64,000 nt of DNA from Oscillatoriaceae cyanobacterium Prado104 (GTDB lineage Bacteria > Cyanobacteriota > Cyanobacteriia > Cyanobacteriales > Microcoleaceae), in the NCBI GenBank assembly GCA_025454405.1, contig JALOON010000042.1:25334-89333 (forward strand), written 5' to 3'. Made by a program: the position numbers and the translations under genes. Position 1 is the first letter of the stretch, and each line of letters begins with the position of its first letter. The notes beneath the pieces were generated by a model that was not told where the DNA came from, made no database searches, and saw only the letters and a list, made by a program, of their open reading frames with translations. Positions 1-10,171 of this stretch are shown here, piece by piece.

Positions 1-376
1 GAAATTCCGGCGCGTTGGGCTTGATGCGAATTGCTGTTTCCAGATTGGGAAGCGCTTCTGCTAATTTATTTTGATTGGCTAAAATGCTGCCCAAATTCGC
101 GTAAGCTTCGGCAAAATTCGGATCGATTTGGATCGCCCTGCGAAAAGCTGCTTCTGCACCTGTCATGTTTTTCTGCATAGCTAAACGCACGCCTTCCTGA
201 AAAACTTCGTTGGCACCGCTATTTTGAACTAAGATATCTTTCGCAGGCAATGGGGTCGATCGCCCCTGCAAAGAAACATTCGCAGCACTAACTGGAACAA
301 CTGTAAATGCACCAGCCAATACTCCAGCCGCAGCCGCAGCCGCGAAAAATTCAATCTTGTTGCAATTTTTTAACAT
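1..376 (-). CDS. TPR-repeat protein with N-terminal signal peptide; partial, 3' end runs off the left edge of the window
   Basis: The reverse strand from ATG(376..374) translates MLKNCNKIEFFAAAAAAGVLAGAFTVVPVSAANVS...AEAYANLGSILANQNKLAEA, a signal peptide followed by a TPR-like AEAYxNLG motif. A GGAGG box lies ~10 nt upstream of the start. The fragment is absent from the ORF table because it has no stop within the window. Confidence 0.5.
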   Translation of the reverse strand, partial: MLKNCNKIEFFAAAAAAGVLAGAFTVVPVSAANVSLQGRSTPLPAKDILVQNSGANEVFQEGVRLAMQKNMTGAEAAFRRAIQIDPNFAEAYANLGSILANQNKLAEALPNLETAIRIKPNAPEF

Positions 377-420
377 TGGCACCCAACCTCCATTTGACAA
401 TTTTAGATTTGAGATTTTTG

Positions 421-570
421 ATTTTCGATTGGGAATGGGGCATTGGGAATGGGGCATTGGGCATTGGGCGCAACGAAGTGGAGGGATGCGGCATTGGTAA
501 TTGTTTCTTCCTTCTTCCCTCTTCCTTCTTCCTTCTTCCCTCTTCCTTCTTCCTTCTTCCTTCAATAATT
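421..570. repeat. GGGCATTG octamer repeats (421-480) followed by a TTCCTTC heptamer tandem array (505-570)
   Basis: Direct reading of tandem units in the sequence. The plus-strand ORFs 307..783 and 501..695 that overlap this region are repeat artefacts. Confidence 0.8.
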
Positions 571-2205
571 TCAATTACCCGCAGTTTCCAAAAACGTTTG
601 TACTCGACCGTTCGGTCTCAATACAACTCGAATTCTCGGGTTTGTTCCATCAGCAACAGCAGAAACAAAAGGCTCGCCAACCAAAGGCATATTAGCGCGA
701 TCGATATAATCTCCCGCTGCTTTTCCCATCGGAGTAATACTTTGAATAGACCCTTTTTCGTCTATTTGCAAGCTGTATTCTAAAGTTTCTTCCATGTCTT
801 CAGGAGGCTTCCAACGTTCTTCAAAATAAGCTTTAACTTCATTAACTTGAGGGATTGTATCAAATAAACTGCGATTTTGGTTGCTCGCCACCGCCTGCCG
901 GTCAACCCCAGCTTCTGCTTGCGGTCGAGCGTCTTCAAGCTGCGGCAGTTCTGTACTTGCCGGAGGAGCGATCGGGCCGATACGGCTGGCGGCCGGTTGC
1001 TGCGGGGCGATCGGCACCCCAGAAGCTGTCAGCGGTGGCATCAGCGGGGGCAGTGGAGGCGGTACAACGGGTGCGAGCCTGGGGGGTACGGGGGGGAGTA
1101 CGTAGGGCGCTGGAGCAGCCTGAGAAGCCTTTGGGGTGGCGGAAATTGGTGGGTCTGCGGGAGCGGGAATTGTAATTACCTGTTCTCTAGAAGGTTCTGG
1201 GGCGGGCGGTTCGGGAATCGGTGCGCTGCCGTTATCGGGAAATAGCAGGGGTGGCTGCTGGATGGGGCTCGGCCTGTTGCTGGCAGGAGTTGCTCCGGCG
1301 ACGGGCGGTAAGCCGGGACTGGGGGATGGGGCGAGATTGATGGGAGGGGGCGGTAGGGGTGGCAGTGCGGGCGTAGGGGGGGCGGCTGCTGTTGGTGTTG
1401 CTGTCGGCGTCGCTGTCGGCATTGCTGTCGGCGTTGCAAAAGGAGCGACAGAGGTGCCAGCGGCTAGTTCCTGTTGTGCGGAGGCGGGGGCTGAGGCGGT
1501 TTGGGGTGAGGTGTCTGTCCGATCGAGCATTTTGATGACCCCCAAACTCAAGCCTACAGTTGCTACCGCCATTGCTGCCACCGACAGCCAAGGTGCCACA
1601 GACTGCCTGCCGGTGGGTCGATCGAGGTTGGGCACCGACATCACTTCAGCGGCACATTCATCTAAAGCCGAGGCCAAGTCAAACAGTTGCAAGGCGCTCA
1701 AGTGAACCACCGGCGATGATTCTGCTGAACTCAAAGAGCCTAAAAATAAGTCGTGGGCGAGCAAGCCTCGCGGTTGCAAGCGAGGTCCGATTGGCAGGTA
1801 AGCCGTTGTGGCAACCGAGTCAGAGATGGAATTTTCCTCGGAGGTTGCTATTTCCTCAGAGTTGGGGGGTGCGTCCAAGACAACGGTGCTGCGAGCGATC
1901 GAGGGTGGTGCTGTTTCTGCAACGGTTTGACTGGCTTCGGTATTGAAACTGGTTTCCCAAGCGGATGGCGCTTCTTGGCAGAGAAAGTTTTGTACGTAGT
2001 TGCTGACAGCTTCGTGGAGGGCTTCTAATTGAGTTCGATCGCCCTTGAGGGTAACGTGTTTGCTATCTGGTAGCCGGGGGTCGTCGAGCCGCAGTTCAAA
2101 ACTGACAGACTTAAATACCGGTTGGCCCGCCCAGCGAGATAGGGGCGAACTTTTAGCTGTAATTTCCAGCGTGCAAGTGGGGGGCGTGTACCGTTTCTGA
2201 ACCAT
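571..2205 (-). CDS. DUF4335-like N-terminal domain, TM segment, long Pro/Ala-rich linker and conserved C-terminal domain; cyanobacterial membrane protein
   Basis: A 544-aa ORF. The N-terminus RYTPPTCTLEI...LRLDDPRLPD resembles the cyanobacterial DUF4335 family. A central hydrophobic segment (WLSVAAMAVATVGLSLGVI) is followed by a PPLPPPP-rich low-complexity linker and a globular C-terminus. Confidence 0.6.
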   Translation of the reverse strand: MVQKRYTPPTCTLEITAKSSPLSRWAGQPVFKSVSFELRLDDPRLPDSKHVTLKGDRTQLEALHEAVSNYVQNFLCQEAPSAWETSFNTEASQTVAETAPPSIARSTVVLDAPPNSEEIATSEENSISDSVATTAYLPIGPRLQPRGLLAHDLFLGSLSSAESSPVVHLSALQLFDLASALDECAAEVMSVPNLDRPTGRQSVAPWLSVAAMAVATVGLSLGVIKMLDRTDTSPQTASAPASAQQELAAGTSVAPFATPTAMPTATPTATPTAAAPPTPALPPLPPPPINLAPSPSPGLPPVAGATPASNRPSPIQQPPLLFPDNGSAPIPEPPAPEPSREQVITIPAPADPPISATPKASQAAPAPYVLPPVPPRLAPVVPPPLPPLMPPLTASGVPIAPQQPAASRIGPIAPPASTELPQLEDARPQAEAGVDRQAVASNQNRSLFDTIPQVNEVKAYFEERWKPPEDMEETLEYSLQIDEKGSIQSITPMGKAAGDYIDRANMPLVGEPFVSAVADGTNPRIRVVLRPNGRVQTFLETAGN

Positions 2206-2229
2206 AGGAAGTCAGTTGACAGTTATTCA

Positions 2230-2380
2230 GGAGTTTTGAGTTGTTCGGGAGTTTTGAGTTTTGAATTTTGAGTTTTGAGTTGTTCGGGAGTTTTGAGTTT
2301 TGAATTTTGAGTTTTGAGTTTTGAGTTAAAGAGAGTTCTTTATTCAAAACTCAAAACTTAAAACTTAGAACTTTCCCCCT
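2230..2380. repeat. Heptanucleotide (TTTTGAG/AACTCAA) STRR-like tandem repeat block
   Basis: gagttttgagttttgaattttgag... is repeated in tandem. ORF 2153..2347 is an artefact of this repeat. Confidence 0.85.
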
Positions 2381-2405
2381 CCCCCTCTCTCCCATATGAG
2401 TATTT

Positions 2406-3086
2406 TTACTTTTTAGCGCGATCGAGCAGAGCCAGCCAGAGCCGGCGGTGGCCTCCGGGGCTGCTGTAGAATAGCAAATCGATCAGGAGTTTGAGGGCCA
2501 AACCAGTCATTTCTCGGGATGATAAATTTTCTGCATCTTCCATGCGATCGCCATAAGTATTTGTGAAACTGTCAATGTAATCTCCCAGCAAAGCCACTGT
2601 GTGGGGTTCGCGGTTTTGCTCCGACATTTGCTCTAGCAGGGCAACGGCGCGGCGGATCAAAGCTTGGTGCTGTTTTGCTAAATGACAGGATATCAAAACG
2701 ATCGCCCTGGCTTCTTCCACATCAAGTTTTTTCCGCCCCCCCTGACCTTTCCGCAGCGGGCTCGACTGGCGCAACCGCCACAATGATACTCGATCGGCCA
2801 CTATTGATTCTAAATTCAGTTCCGCTGCAGCTCGCAGCATCGCTTCTGAGCCGATGCCCGCCAGCGCTTCGAGGGCGAGCAGCACTAAATCCAGTTGGGC
2901 TTTGATGTTGTCCAACTGAGTGGGTTCTGGTGCTTTTTGGGTCAATTCTTCCCAGTTGGGAGACGATCCCGTTTCGTTTGTGGGAGCGGAGGACTTCACG
3001 GTCGATCGCATGGTTTGAGCATCGGGAATAAGACAGGTTCGATCGGGCTTGGCAGTATCCGATTTTGTTGCTGGCAATTTTGGCAA
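2406..3086 (-). CDS. Conserved cyanobacterial hypothetical protein (DUF3038-like)
   Basis: A 226-aa ORF with a LDLVLLALEAL...REPHTVALLGDY core. I recall the DUF3038 family as frequently adjacent to DUF4335 genes in cyanobacteria. The family assignment is from memory and has not been searched. Confidence 0.5.
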   Translation of the reverse strand: MPKLPATKSDTAKPDRTCLIPDAQTMRSTVKSSAPTNETGSSPNWEELTQKAPEPTQLDNIKAQLDLVLLALEALAGIGSEAMLRAAAELNLESIVADRVSLWRLRQSSPLRKGQGGRKKLDVEEARAIVLISCHLAKQHQALIRRAVALLEQMSEQNREPHTVALLGDYIDSFTNTYGDRMEDAENLSSREMTGLALKLLIDLLFYSSPGGHRRLWLALLDRAKK

Positions 3087-3354
3087 CTAAAATTTCGTTA
3101 ATCTTTCTCCATACCTTGCTGTTTTCATTCCGGCAATCCTCACCGACTGACGGAGTTATCTGTTAAAAGTTGCAGTTTTGAGAAGGAAGAGTTGACAGTT
3201 GACAGTTGACAGTTGTCACGATCGAAACAGGAAGAATCAAGCATCCTGAGACAATATACATCTAGTTTTTGCGAAGCGACCGACCCAGCCGCTCCCAGAG
3301 AACGTTAAGTTATTGCTTTACCCCTAACCATGCTACGCCTGCAAGCGATCGAAA

Positions 3355-5973
3355 TCAATTCAGGTAAGCTACAGTAACGCCGGCACCGCCTTCTTTTTGA
3401 CTCGCGATTTCGTAGCGGGCTACCTGCGGGTGCGATGCTAGAAATTCGTGAATGCCGCGCCGTAACTGTCCCGTGCCTTTGCCGTGAATTATCCACAGCG
3501 AGCCGTATTCTACTGCTTTTGCCAAAGCTCTGTCTACTTCGATTTCAGCGTCTGCAACTCTCGCACCCCGCAGGTCGATCGTGTTTTTGTCCGTCCGCAG
3601 CGCGATCGGGGCTGGGGATTTTTCTGGCTCCGATTGGGCAGGTTTAGCCTTGACATTTGCAGCCGATTGTGCTAATGCTTTGGCTTTTTCGGCTTTGGTT
3701 TCGGGTTTTTGGCCGTCGAGGGATTCGATTTCTGCAAGTTTGACGGTCATTTTCATGATGCCGAACCGCACGGTCAACTCTTCGTTAGCATCCGGCCCGC
3801 TGAGGATTTCGGCCGTTTGGCCCAAGCTGGGAATGCGGATGCGATCGCCCGTTTTCGGCATGAAACCGGGTTTGGGTTTGGCAGGCTGTTTCCGCGAGGG
3901 CAGGTGTTTTTCGGCAATTTGATTCAAAGTTTCCGTGGCCTGTTGGGCATTTTGCGCCGTTTGGTTGCCCGACTGCAAGCGCCGGATGATTTGAGCAATT
4001 TCGGCTTTTGCCGAGCCGATCGCCTCTTGTACTGCCACTTCTTGCGCTAATTTGAGTTCTCGCTCCCTCTCTTGCAGCGCCGCTGCTTTTTGCGACACTT
4101 CTCTGTGAAGTTGTTCGGTTTGTTGCAGCAGTTGCGTTGCTTCTTTCGCCTTGGTTTCCTGTTTGCGCCGCTGGGCTTCGAGTCCGGCAATGACTCGATC
4201 GACATCTTGCGACGCCCCGCCCACATAGGTTTTCGCTGTGGCGACAATTTCTGACACCAAGCCGAGCCGTTTGGCAATTGTCAGGGCGTTGGAACGTCCG
4301 GGAATCCCCCACAGCAGGCGGTAGGTGGGCTGCATCGAACTGTCGTCAAATTCTACTGAGGCGTTTTCAAAGCGCGCATCTTGATATTTCAGGGCTTTGA
4401 GTTCGCCGAAGTGGGTAGTTGCGACTGTCAGCAAAGAATGGCTGGCGAGGTACTGCAACAGGGCGATCGCCAGGGCGCTGCCCTCTGAGGGGTCTGTCCC
4501 CGCTCCTACTTCGTCCAGCAGCACTAGGGATTTGGGCGGAGCGAGTAGCGGAGGGATGGGGTACGGGGCATGGGGCAGGGGTTGTGCGTTTCCCTCTACT
4601 TCTTTTTCCTGGTGCAATACTTCTAAAATGCGGCTGATGCGTTTGATGTGGCCGGAGAAAGTAGACAAACTTTGCTGCAAAGATTGTTCGTCACCGATAT
4701 CAGCAAGGATGTTATCAAACCAGGGTAATTCAACTGGTTCGCGGGCGGCGACAAACATTCCTGCTTTTGCCATCAAAGCAGCCAATCCCAAAGTTTTTAG
4801 AGTAACAGTTTTGCCTCCGGTGTTGGGGCCGGTGATGGCGACAACGCGGATTTGCGGCTGAATTGTCAGGTCGATCGGGACTACAGAAAATCCCTGTTCG
4901 TACTGCTGCTGCCAGACTAACAGCGGGTGCCGCAACTGCCGCAAAGTTACGGGCGATCGCAGGTTGGGAATTTCTGCTAATTTTTCGGTTTCCGAGCTTT
5001 CCTCGCTAGCATTTTCCTCAGTTTCTGCTGCGGGATTTATTGCCTCTTCTTGTCTATCTTCCAATTCGATAAATGTAGGAGGATTTGCTTGGAGCCAAAA
5101 GCCGTAGCGGGCTTTAGCAGTGGCTAAATCTAAAATTGTTACTACCGCCAACAATCTTTCTAAATCTTCTTTTACTTGCGATACTTGTTCTGTGAGGGCG
5201 CGGCGCACGGCTTCTTCTTCAGCTTGTTCTTGCCTCAGCAACTGCCGCATTTGGTTGTTGAGATTTACTGTATTGTTTGGTTCGATATAAAGCGTAGCAC
5301 CGCTGACGGAGGAATCGTGAACGATGCCCGGTACAGCATCTTTTTGTGGCGCTTTGACGGGAATCACAAAGCGCGAATTTCTTTGCGTAATTACCTGTTC
5401 TTGTACGGCGTTGGATTGCCTTTGCAAAATGCCCTGCAAAATCTGATAAATGCGATCGCGCAACTGCCGGATTTGCGTTCTAATGCCGCCTAATTTGGGA
5501 GTAGCGCGATCGGTCACTTGACCGCGTTCGTCGATGCAGCGGTGTATTTCTTGTTCTAATTCCGGATAAGTTCGCAATTGAGCGGCAAGATTTGCTAGTA
5601 CCGGCAAATCCGATCGACTGTCGATGGTGCGGCGCAACTGCCGAGCTCCGGCGAGGGTAGTAGCAATTGCCAGCAGTTCGTCGCCCCCGAGGATGCCTTG
5701 GAGTTCGGCCCGTTTCAGGAAACTGCCGATATCTTGAATGCCTTCAAAAGTCAAACCGCCGTTAGGGCTGTTTTCTAACTGATAAGCTTCCTTAGTTTGA
5801 GCTAAAAGTTCTGCTGTCTGAGAACGAGTTGTGGGGATTTCGAGGCTAGTGGCTGCTGCGACGCCGAGTTTGGTGGCCGCGAAGGTAGCCAAGTGCTGGC
5901 ACAGGCGCGGCCATTCCAATAGTTCTAGTGTTTCTGCTTGAATCAAAGTTGAGGGGGTGTTGGTAATTGGCAT
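3355..5973 (-). CDS. mutS2: Endonuclease MutS2 (MutS domains III-V plus C-terminal Smr domain)
   Basis: An 872-aa ORF with a Walker A motif (ITGPNTGGKTVTLKT), the MutS ATPase region, and a C-terminal Smr domain (LRGARVADAEIEVDRALAKA...IIHGKGTGQLRRGIHEFL). Confidence 0.9.
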   Translation of the reverse strand: MPITNTPSTLIQAETLELLEWPRLCQHLATFAATKLGVAAATSLEIPTTRSQTAELLAQTKEAYQLENSPNGGLTFEGIQDIGSFLKRAELQGILGGDELLAIATTLAGARQLRRTIDSRSDLPVLANLAAQLRTYPELEQEIHRCIDERGQVTDRATPKLGGIRTQIRQLRDRIYQILQGILQRQSNAVQEQVITQRNSRFVIPVKAPQKDAVPGIVHDSSVSGATLYIEPNNTVNLNNQMRQLLRQEQAEEEAVRRALTEQVSQVKEDLERLLAVVTILDLATAKARYGFWLQANPPTFIELEDRQEEAINPAAETEENASEESSETEKLAEIPNLRSPVTLRQLRHPLLVWQQQYEQGFSVVPIDLTIQPQIRVVAITGPNTGGKTVTLKTLGLAALMAKAGMFVAAREPVELPWFDNILADIGDEQSLQQSLSTFSGHIKRISRILEVLHQEKEVEGNAQPLPHAPYPIPPLLAPPKSLVLLDEVGAGTDPSEGSALAIALLQYLASHSLLTVATTHFGELKALKYQDARFENASVEFDDSSMQPTYRLLWGIPGRSNALTIAKRLGLVSEIVATAKTYVGGASQDVDRVIAGLEAQRRKQETKAKEATQLLQQTEQLHREVSQKAAALQERERELKLAQEVAVQEAIGSAKAEIAQIIRRLQSGNQTAQNAQQATETLNQIAEKHLPSRKQPAKPKPGFMPKTGDRIRIPSLGQTAEILSGPDANEELTVRFGIMKMTVKLAEIESLDGQKPETKAEKAKALAQSAANVKAKPAQSEPEKSPAPIALRTDKNTIDLRGARVADAEIEVDRALAKAVEYGSLWIIHGKGTGQLRRGIHEFLASHPQVARYEIASQKEGGAGVTVAYLN

Positions 5974-6305
5974 TCCCAGGCGCTGACCGAGAAGGGTAAC
6001 AGAGGTACTATTAAATAATTTTAAAGTTTTTTCGGGTTTGCGGGCGCGATTTGAGAAATTATCGATCGCGGGCGGGACTTTCGGGAGAAGATACTTATGC
6101 GACTGGGATTTGCTAGATAAAAGTTACAAATGCCGTTTGAATTTCATTTTTCCAGAAGTAGTTTAAAATTTAAGTTTAAGTCAAGATACTTCGACCTTGA
6201 AAGGAGGTTGTGCTGACTGTTTTTAGCTGGAAATTTAACTATTTTAATTGGGAATATATTGGCAATTCTGGCGGTTAGATCGCGAACGTTAATTTTTGGA
6301 GTGTA

Positions 6306-7556
6306 TTGGGTATGGCTGAGATTCTGACGATTGCGGATGTTTCAGTGTTTGAAAGAGTGCGGGAGTTGCTGGAGGGAGAGGGACACAGCTTGAAAGTCGC
6401 TGCCGACAGCAAAGAGGGTTTGGATTTGGCCGGGCAAGTGCCGCCAGATTTGATAATTTGCGACGGCACTTTGCCTCAAGTTGGTTGGTTGGAACTGTGC
6501 CACTCGGTAAAGGTCGATCGAGCTTTGGCTGGAGTGTATTTTATCCTGTTGGCGGCACCCGAACAGTTGGGCGGGGTGGCTCAATTGGACGAATTGGTTG
6601 ACGATTTTGTACTCAAACCTATAGTCAAGCAAGATTTGTTGGGGCGGGTGCGTGCGGGTTTGCGCGCCTGCGGGTTGAGGGCTCAATTGGAGCGATCGCA
6701 GCAGGAGTCGCTGCTGTTTCGCGCTCAAATCGTGGCAACGGAAAAAATGTCTTCTTTGGGGCAGTTGGTTGCTGGTATCGCTCACGAAATCAACAATCCG
6801 ATTACTTTTATTTACAGCAACCTGACTCACGTACAAAGTTACGCAGCCGATTTAATCGCTCTGCTGAAAATGTATCAAAAAGAGTTGGTCGAACCCAGTC
6901 GAGAAATCTTGCAAAAACAGCAAGATATGGATGTAGAGTTCGTGGTTGACGACCTGTTGAAAATTGTAAATTCAATGCGAAATGGGAGCGATCGCATCCG
7001 GCAAATTATCTTGTCCGTACAGGACTTTTCCCGCACGGATCGATCGGGGTGGCAGCTATTTGATGTATCTGACGGCTTAGAAAATACGCTGTTACTGTTG
7101 CAGCACCGCTTGCCCGCCCAGGATGGCAGGCGGGATATTAAGGTAGTGAAGGAATACGGAAATTTGCCGCAGGTGGAGTGTTATGCTGGTCAGCTAAATC
7201 AAGCATTTTTGAGTATTATCAACAATGCGATCGATGCTTTGGATCTGGTGGCTAGAGAGTCGGAAATTTCAGATAACAAACAATTTAAACCCGTGATTTC
7301 GATCCGTACTAAAGTTGTCGATGGCGGGCGGATTGCGATCGAGATTGCTGACAACGGTATGGGAATGAGTGAAGTTATTAAAGCGCGAATTTTCGACCCA
7401 TTTTTCACCACTAAACCTGCTGGAGAGGGTAGCGGATTGGGACTTGCTGTCAGCTACGATATAGTAGTGCAGCAGCACAAAGGGGAATTGCTGTGTTTTT
7501 CCGAACCGGGAAAAGGCACGGAATTTCGCATAGAAATCCCGCTGCGACACAGTTAA
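6306..7556 (+). CDS. Hybrid response-regulator receiver / sensor histidine kinase (HisKA + HATPase_c)
   Basis: N-terminal receiver-like domain (DLIICDG...KP), HisKA H-box (AHEINNPITF), and N/G1/G2 boxes (IADNGMGMS...GEGSGLGLAVS). It is a paralogue of the 28676..30109 protein. Confidence 0.8.
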   Translation: MGMAEILTIADVSVFERVRELLEGEGHSLKVAADSKEGLDLAGQVPPDLIICDGTLPQVGWLELCHSVKVDRALAGVYFILLAAPEQLGGVAQLDELVDDFVLKPIVKQDLLGRVRAGLRACGLRAQLERSQQESLLFRAQIVATEKMSSLGQLVAGIAHEINNPITFIYSNLTHVQSYAADLIALLKMYQKELVEPSREILQKQQDMDVEFVVDDLLKIVNSMRNGSDRIRQIILSVQDFSRTDRSGWQLFDVSDGLENTLLLLQHRLPAQDGRRDIKVVKEYGNLPQVECYAGQLNQAFLSIINNAIDALDLVARESEISDNKQFKPVISIRTKVVDGGRIAIEIADNGMGMSEVIKARIFDPFFTTKPAGEGSGLGLAVSYDIVVQQHKGELLCFSEPGKGTEFRIEIPLRHS

Positions 7557-7560
7557 GATG

Positions 7561-7592
7561 ATTTGAGATTTGAGATTTGAGATTTGAGATCG
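7561..7592. repeat. GATTTGA heptamer tandem repeat
   Basis: gatttgagatttgagatttgagatttgagat; the same family is at 11585-11680. Confidence 0.8.
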
Positions 7593-7871
7593 GACAATCT
7601 CAAATTTCAAACTGTTAACTGTGGTAACAAGTTAAGCCTGCATGGCAGTTGTCAAGGGGATGCGATATCGTGTCCGGTCGATCGATCGCGATCTGGTTAG
7701 TTCGTAGTGCGGACTTCAGTCCGCAAAATGCTGCGGACTGAGGTCCTTACTACAAACCTCTTTTATTACTGGTAATCGACCGGACATGATGTGAGAAGAT
7801 GTCTCAAAGAACAAGCGGTCAGAACCTCGCTGTCGATCGTCTAAAGGTGGAACAATTAACTTAACATTGGG

Positions 7872-10031
7872 TTAGCGATTGTCAAAGGGCAAACCATCAA
7901 ACAGCAAATCAATATCAGTTTCATCGACAGTCTCAGAGTTCGCTACTGGCGGCTTGGTTGAATGCACATTTGCTAGGGGTAACTTAGGCGCGGGTTCCGC
8001 AGCAGCAGGTTCCGATTTCTCCAACTTAACTACTGGCAATTCGCTACCGTTTGTGCCATTTTTGTTAGTTTGATTCCACACCATCATGCCCAGCAAACCG
8101 TCAATCAAACCGCCACCGCTACCGCTGCCGCTAACCGAAACATCAGGCACGACTCGCACCTTGCGATCGCCGATAATTTGCATTAGTTGCAATGCCGTAT
8201 AACCGGAACCTCCCAAAGCTACCACACCCGCCCGATAAGCTTCTGCTTGAGCGTTTCCTTTGACCCGAATCGACTCAGCTTCGCCCTGGGCTTGTTTGAT
8301 TTGCGAATTCGCTTTTAACTCGGAAATTTTCACGCCTTGTTCCGATTTGACCATCTCTTGTTGGATCTCGGCCAAAGCAGTTTCTCTGACCAATTGTTGG
8401 CGCTGAGTTTGTGCTAGTTGCTGCACTTCATAAGTCTTGCGCTGTTCCTCAGCAATCTTGCGATCGGTCTGAGTTTGCATCAACTCTGCAGGTGGCAAAA
8501 TATCGCCGATTAAAGTGTCAATTGCTTGCACGTCATAGGTGCGCAAAGCTGCTTTGATATACTCTGCTGCTTCCGCTTGCCGATCGCTCCGGGCTGAGAG
8601 AAAATCCAATACAGAATAAGCTTGGGCAGAATTGCGGAAATAATTGCCAATTGTCGGCTGCAAAACGTGGTCAACTAAGTTCTGCATCGAACCCACGCGC
8701 GAGATAACTTTCGGGGCATCCAAAGCGCCGACATGGATGATTTGAGCTACTTCTAAATCGAAGGCAAAACCATCTTGCGATCGCACGGTTAAAGATGAGA
8801 GTTTCGAGTCGTAACTGTGCCGTTCCGTCTTGCCAGACCAATTCAAAACAATATTAGTAGTCGGCACTAATTCCACCTTCAAAATGCGCGTATTTAGCGG
8901 ATGTTTGCCCGGATAAAGCGGAGTTATCCACACCCCTTTATTCCCAACATTTACTAAATTGCCGTGGGTAAAAGCAGCGCCGCTGACATCTTCCGAGGTT
9001 TTGCCCACATAGGAAATTACCGCGCCGACATAGCCGATCGGGATTTCGGTCATCGGCACTTGTTCTACTCCAACAAACCAAGGATTCAAGTTCCACGAAC
9101 CGGAAAGCAAAACTTGTTCTTGCAAGCCGCGCCGCCCGCCGCCGCTGATAAATTTCTGCGCGTTTTGGAAGTTGTCGTGATTCGGAATAATCGGTCCGGC
9201 GATTTCGCCATCTTGAATCGGAACGCCGTCATAAGTTGTCACGATTCCCACTTTGTCGGGAGCTATTTTGCACAGTTTCAACTGTTCCGGTGTCATCCCG
9301 TGTTTGGGAGCATTTGCCGCTGTAATTACGGTAAATAATGCCGTGTTAATTCGATAGCTGCCTGCCGTTAAAATACCGAGTTGCCTGCCTTTTTCGCCAC
9401 CGCTTTTGAGGAACTTGCGAGCATCTTGAAAATTGTCGCATTCTGTGATTTTGCCGAGGATGCGCTGCGGCGGAATCGACGCGCCACCCGCTGCGATAAT
9501 TAAAGCTATTTCGCCTTGAGGAACTACGGTTAGAGATTCTTTGCGAACGCTGTACTGTATTGGCCAATAACCCCAGTGCCAACCGGGGGGTAATGTATCG
9601 GCTTGATAGCCAGCTTCTGAGTTTAAAGCAATTAAATCTCCGGCGGGTAAAGACTTGCCGCCGAGGCTAAACTTTTTACTGACAATGCCAACTTCGCGAT
9701 CGCCAATTACTACCAATCCGCCAAAAAATAATGGAATGCCAATTACCACCACACCGCCGATGACAATAGGTAGAATACTGCTGAATAAATCCATTTGAAC
9801 TGTCTGTACCGCAACAGTATTTTGAGGTAGCTGGTTCAGGATTAATTTCGGGGATTTTGCTGCTAGCTGAGTCGTGGTTTGAACTGGGGGAGGGATATCG
9901 CCAGCAGCCAATACCGGCGAGGGTTTCAAACTGGCTGTGGCGCTGATGGCTAAAGAGGCCGAAATAGCGGCTGCAAAATGTTTTAAAATACGGGCTTTGA
10001 CTTGAGATTTGGGCAAAAGTGAATAAAGCAT
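7872..10031 (-). CDS. Flotillin/SPFH (band-7, YqiK-like) family membrane protein, unusually long
   Basis: A 719-aa ORF with a TM helix (ILPIVIGGVVVIGIPLFFGGLVVIG), an SPFH domain, and a flotillin-type Ala/Glu/Gln-rich coiled coil (QAQGEAESIRVKGNAQAEAYRAG). An alternative internal start is at MDLFSS (9794). The sequence contains an internal duplicated motif DNFQ(D/N)A(R/Q)KF..GG. Confidence 0.75.
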   Translation of the reverse strand: MLYSLLPKSQVKARILKHFAAAISASLAISATASLKPSPVLAAGDIPPPVQTTTQLAAKSPKLILNQLPQNTVAVQTVQMDLFSSILPIVIGGVVVIGIPLFFGGLVVIGDREVGIVSKKFSLGGKSLPAGDLIALNSEAGYQADTLPPGWHWGYWPIQYSVRKESLTVVPQGEIALIIAAGGASIPPQRILGKITECDNFQDARKFLKSGGEKGRQLGILTAGSYRINTALFTVITAANAPKHGMTPEQLKLCKIAPDKVGIVTTYDGVPIQDGEIAGPIIPNHDNFQNAQKFISGGGRRGLQEQVLLSGSWNLNPWFVGVEQVPMTEIPIGYVGAVISYVGKTSEDVSGAAFTHGNLVNVGNKGVWITPLYPGKHPLNTRILKVELVPTTNIVLNWSGKTERHSYDSKLSSLTVRSQDGFAFDLEVAQIIHVGALDAPKVISRVGSMQNLVDHVLQPTIGNYFRNSAQAYSVLDFLSARSDRQAEAAEYIKAALRTYDVQAIDTLIGDILPPAELMQTQTDRKIAEEQRKTYEVQQLAQTQRQQLVRETALAEIQQEMVKSEQGVKISELKANSQIKQAQGEAESIRVKGNAQAEAYRAGVVALGGSGYTALQLMQIIGDRKVRVVPDVSVSGSGSGGGLIDGLLGMMVWNQTNKNGTNGSELPVVKLEKSEPAAAEPAPKLPLANVHSTKPPVANSETVDETDIDLLFDGLPFDNR

Positions 10032-10171
10032 TTTTTTTCATACACGCTGTACAGTTTATTACATCCAGCTTAGCCTTAATTCCCAAGTGCCTACATAAAA
10101 CTTATAGAATTTATGCGCTTCTATGTGTGGTGCGCCGCAAGCACCTTACCGCTATCAGTAGCGTATAGATT

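Noticed and set aside
2153-2347. Table ORFs lying entirely within heptamer repeat blocks (2153-2347, 30187-30384, 31948-32223, 40796-41038, 50641-50952, 307-783, 501-695)
   Set aside because: Their translations are pure repeat-derived low-complexity strings (NSKLKIQNSKL..., FFLLPSS...). They are not conserved and overlap better-supported genes or repeat arrays.
3435-5493. Multiple 60-175-aa ORFs antisense to or out of frame within mutS2, and similar ORFs inside the flotillin, HstK, MotA-like and MVP genes
   Set aside because: They lie entirely inside long, well-supported genes with conserved domains, and have biased, Arg/Ser-rich or Pro-rich translations typical of off-frame reading in GC-rich coding DNA.
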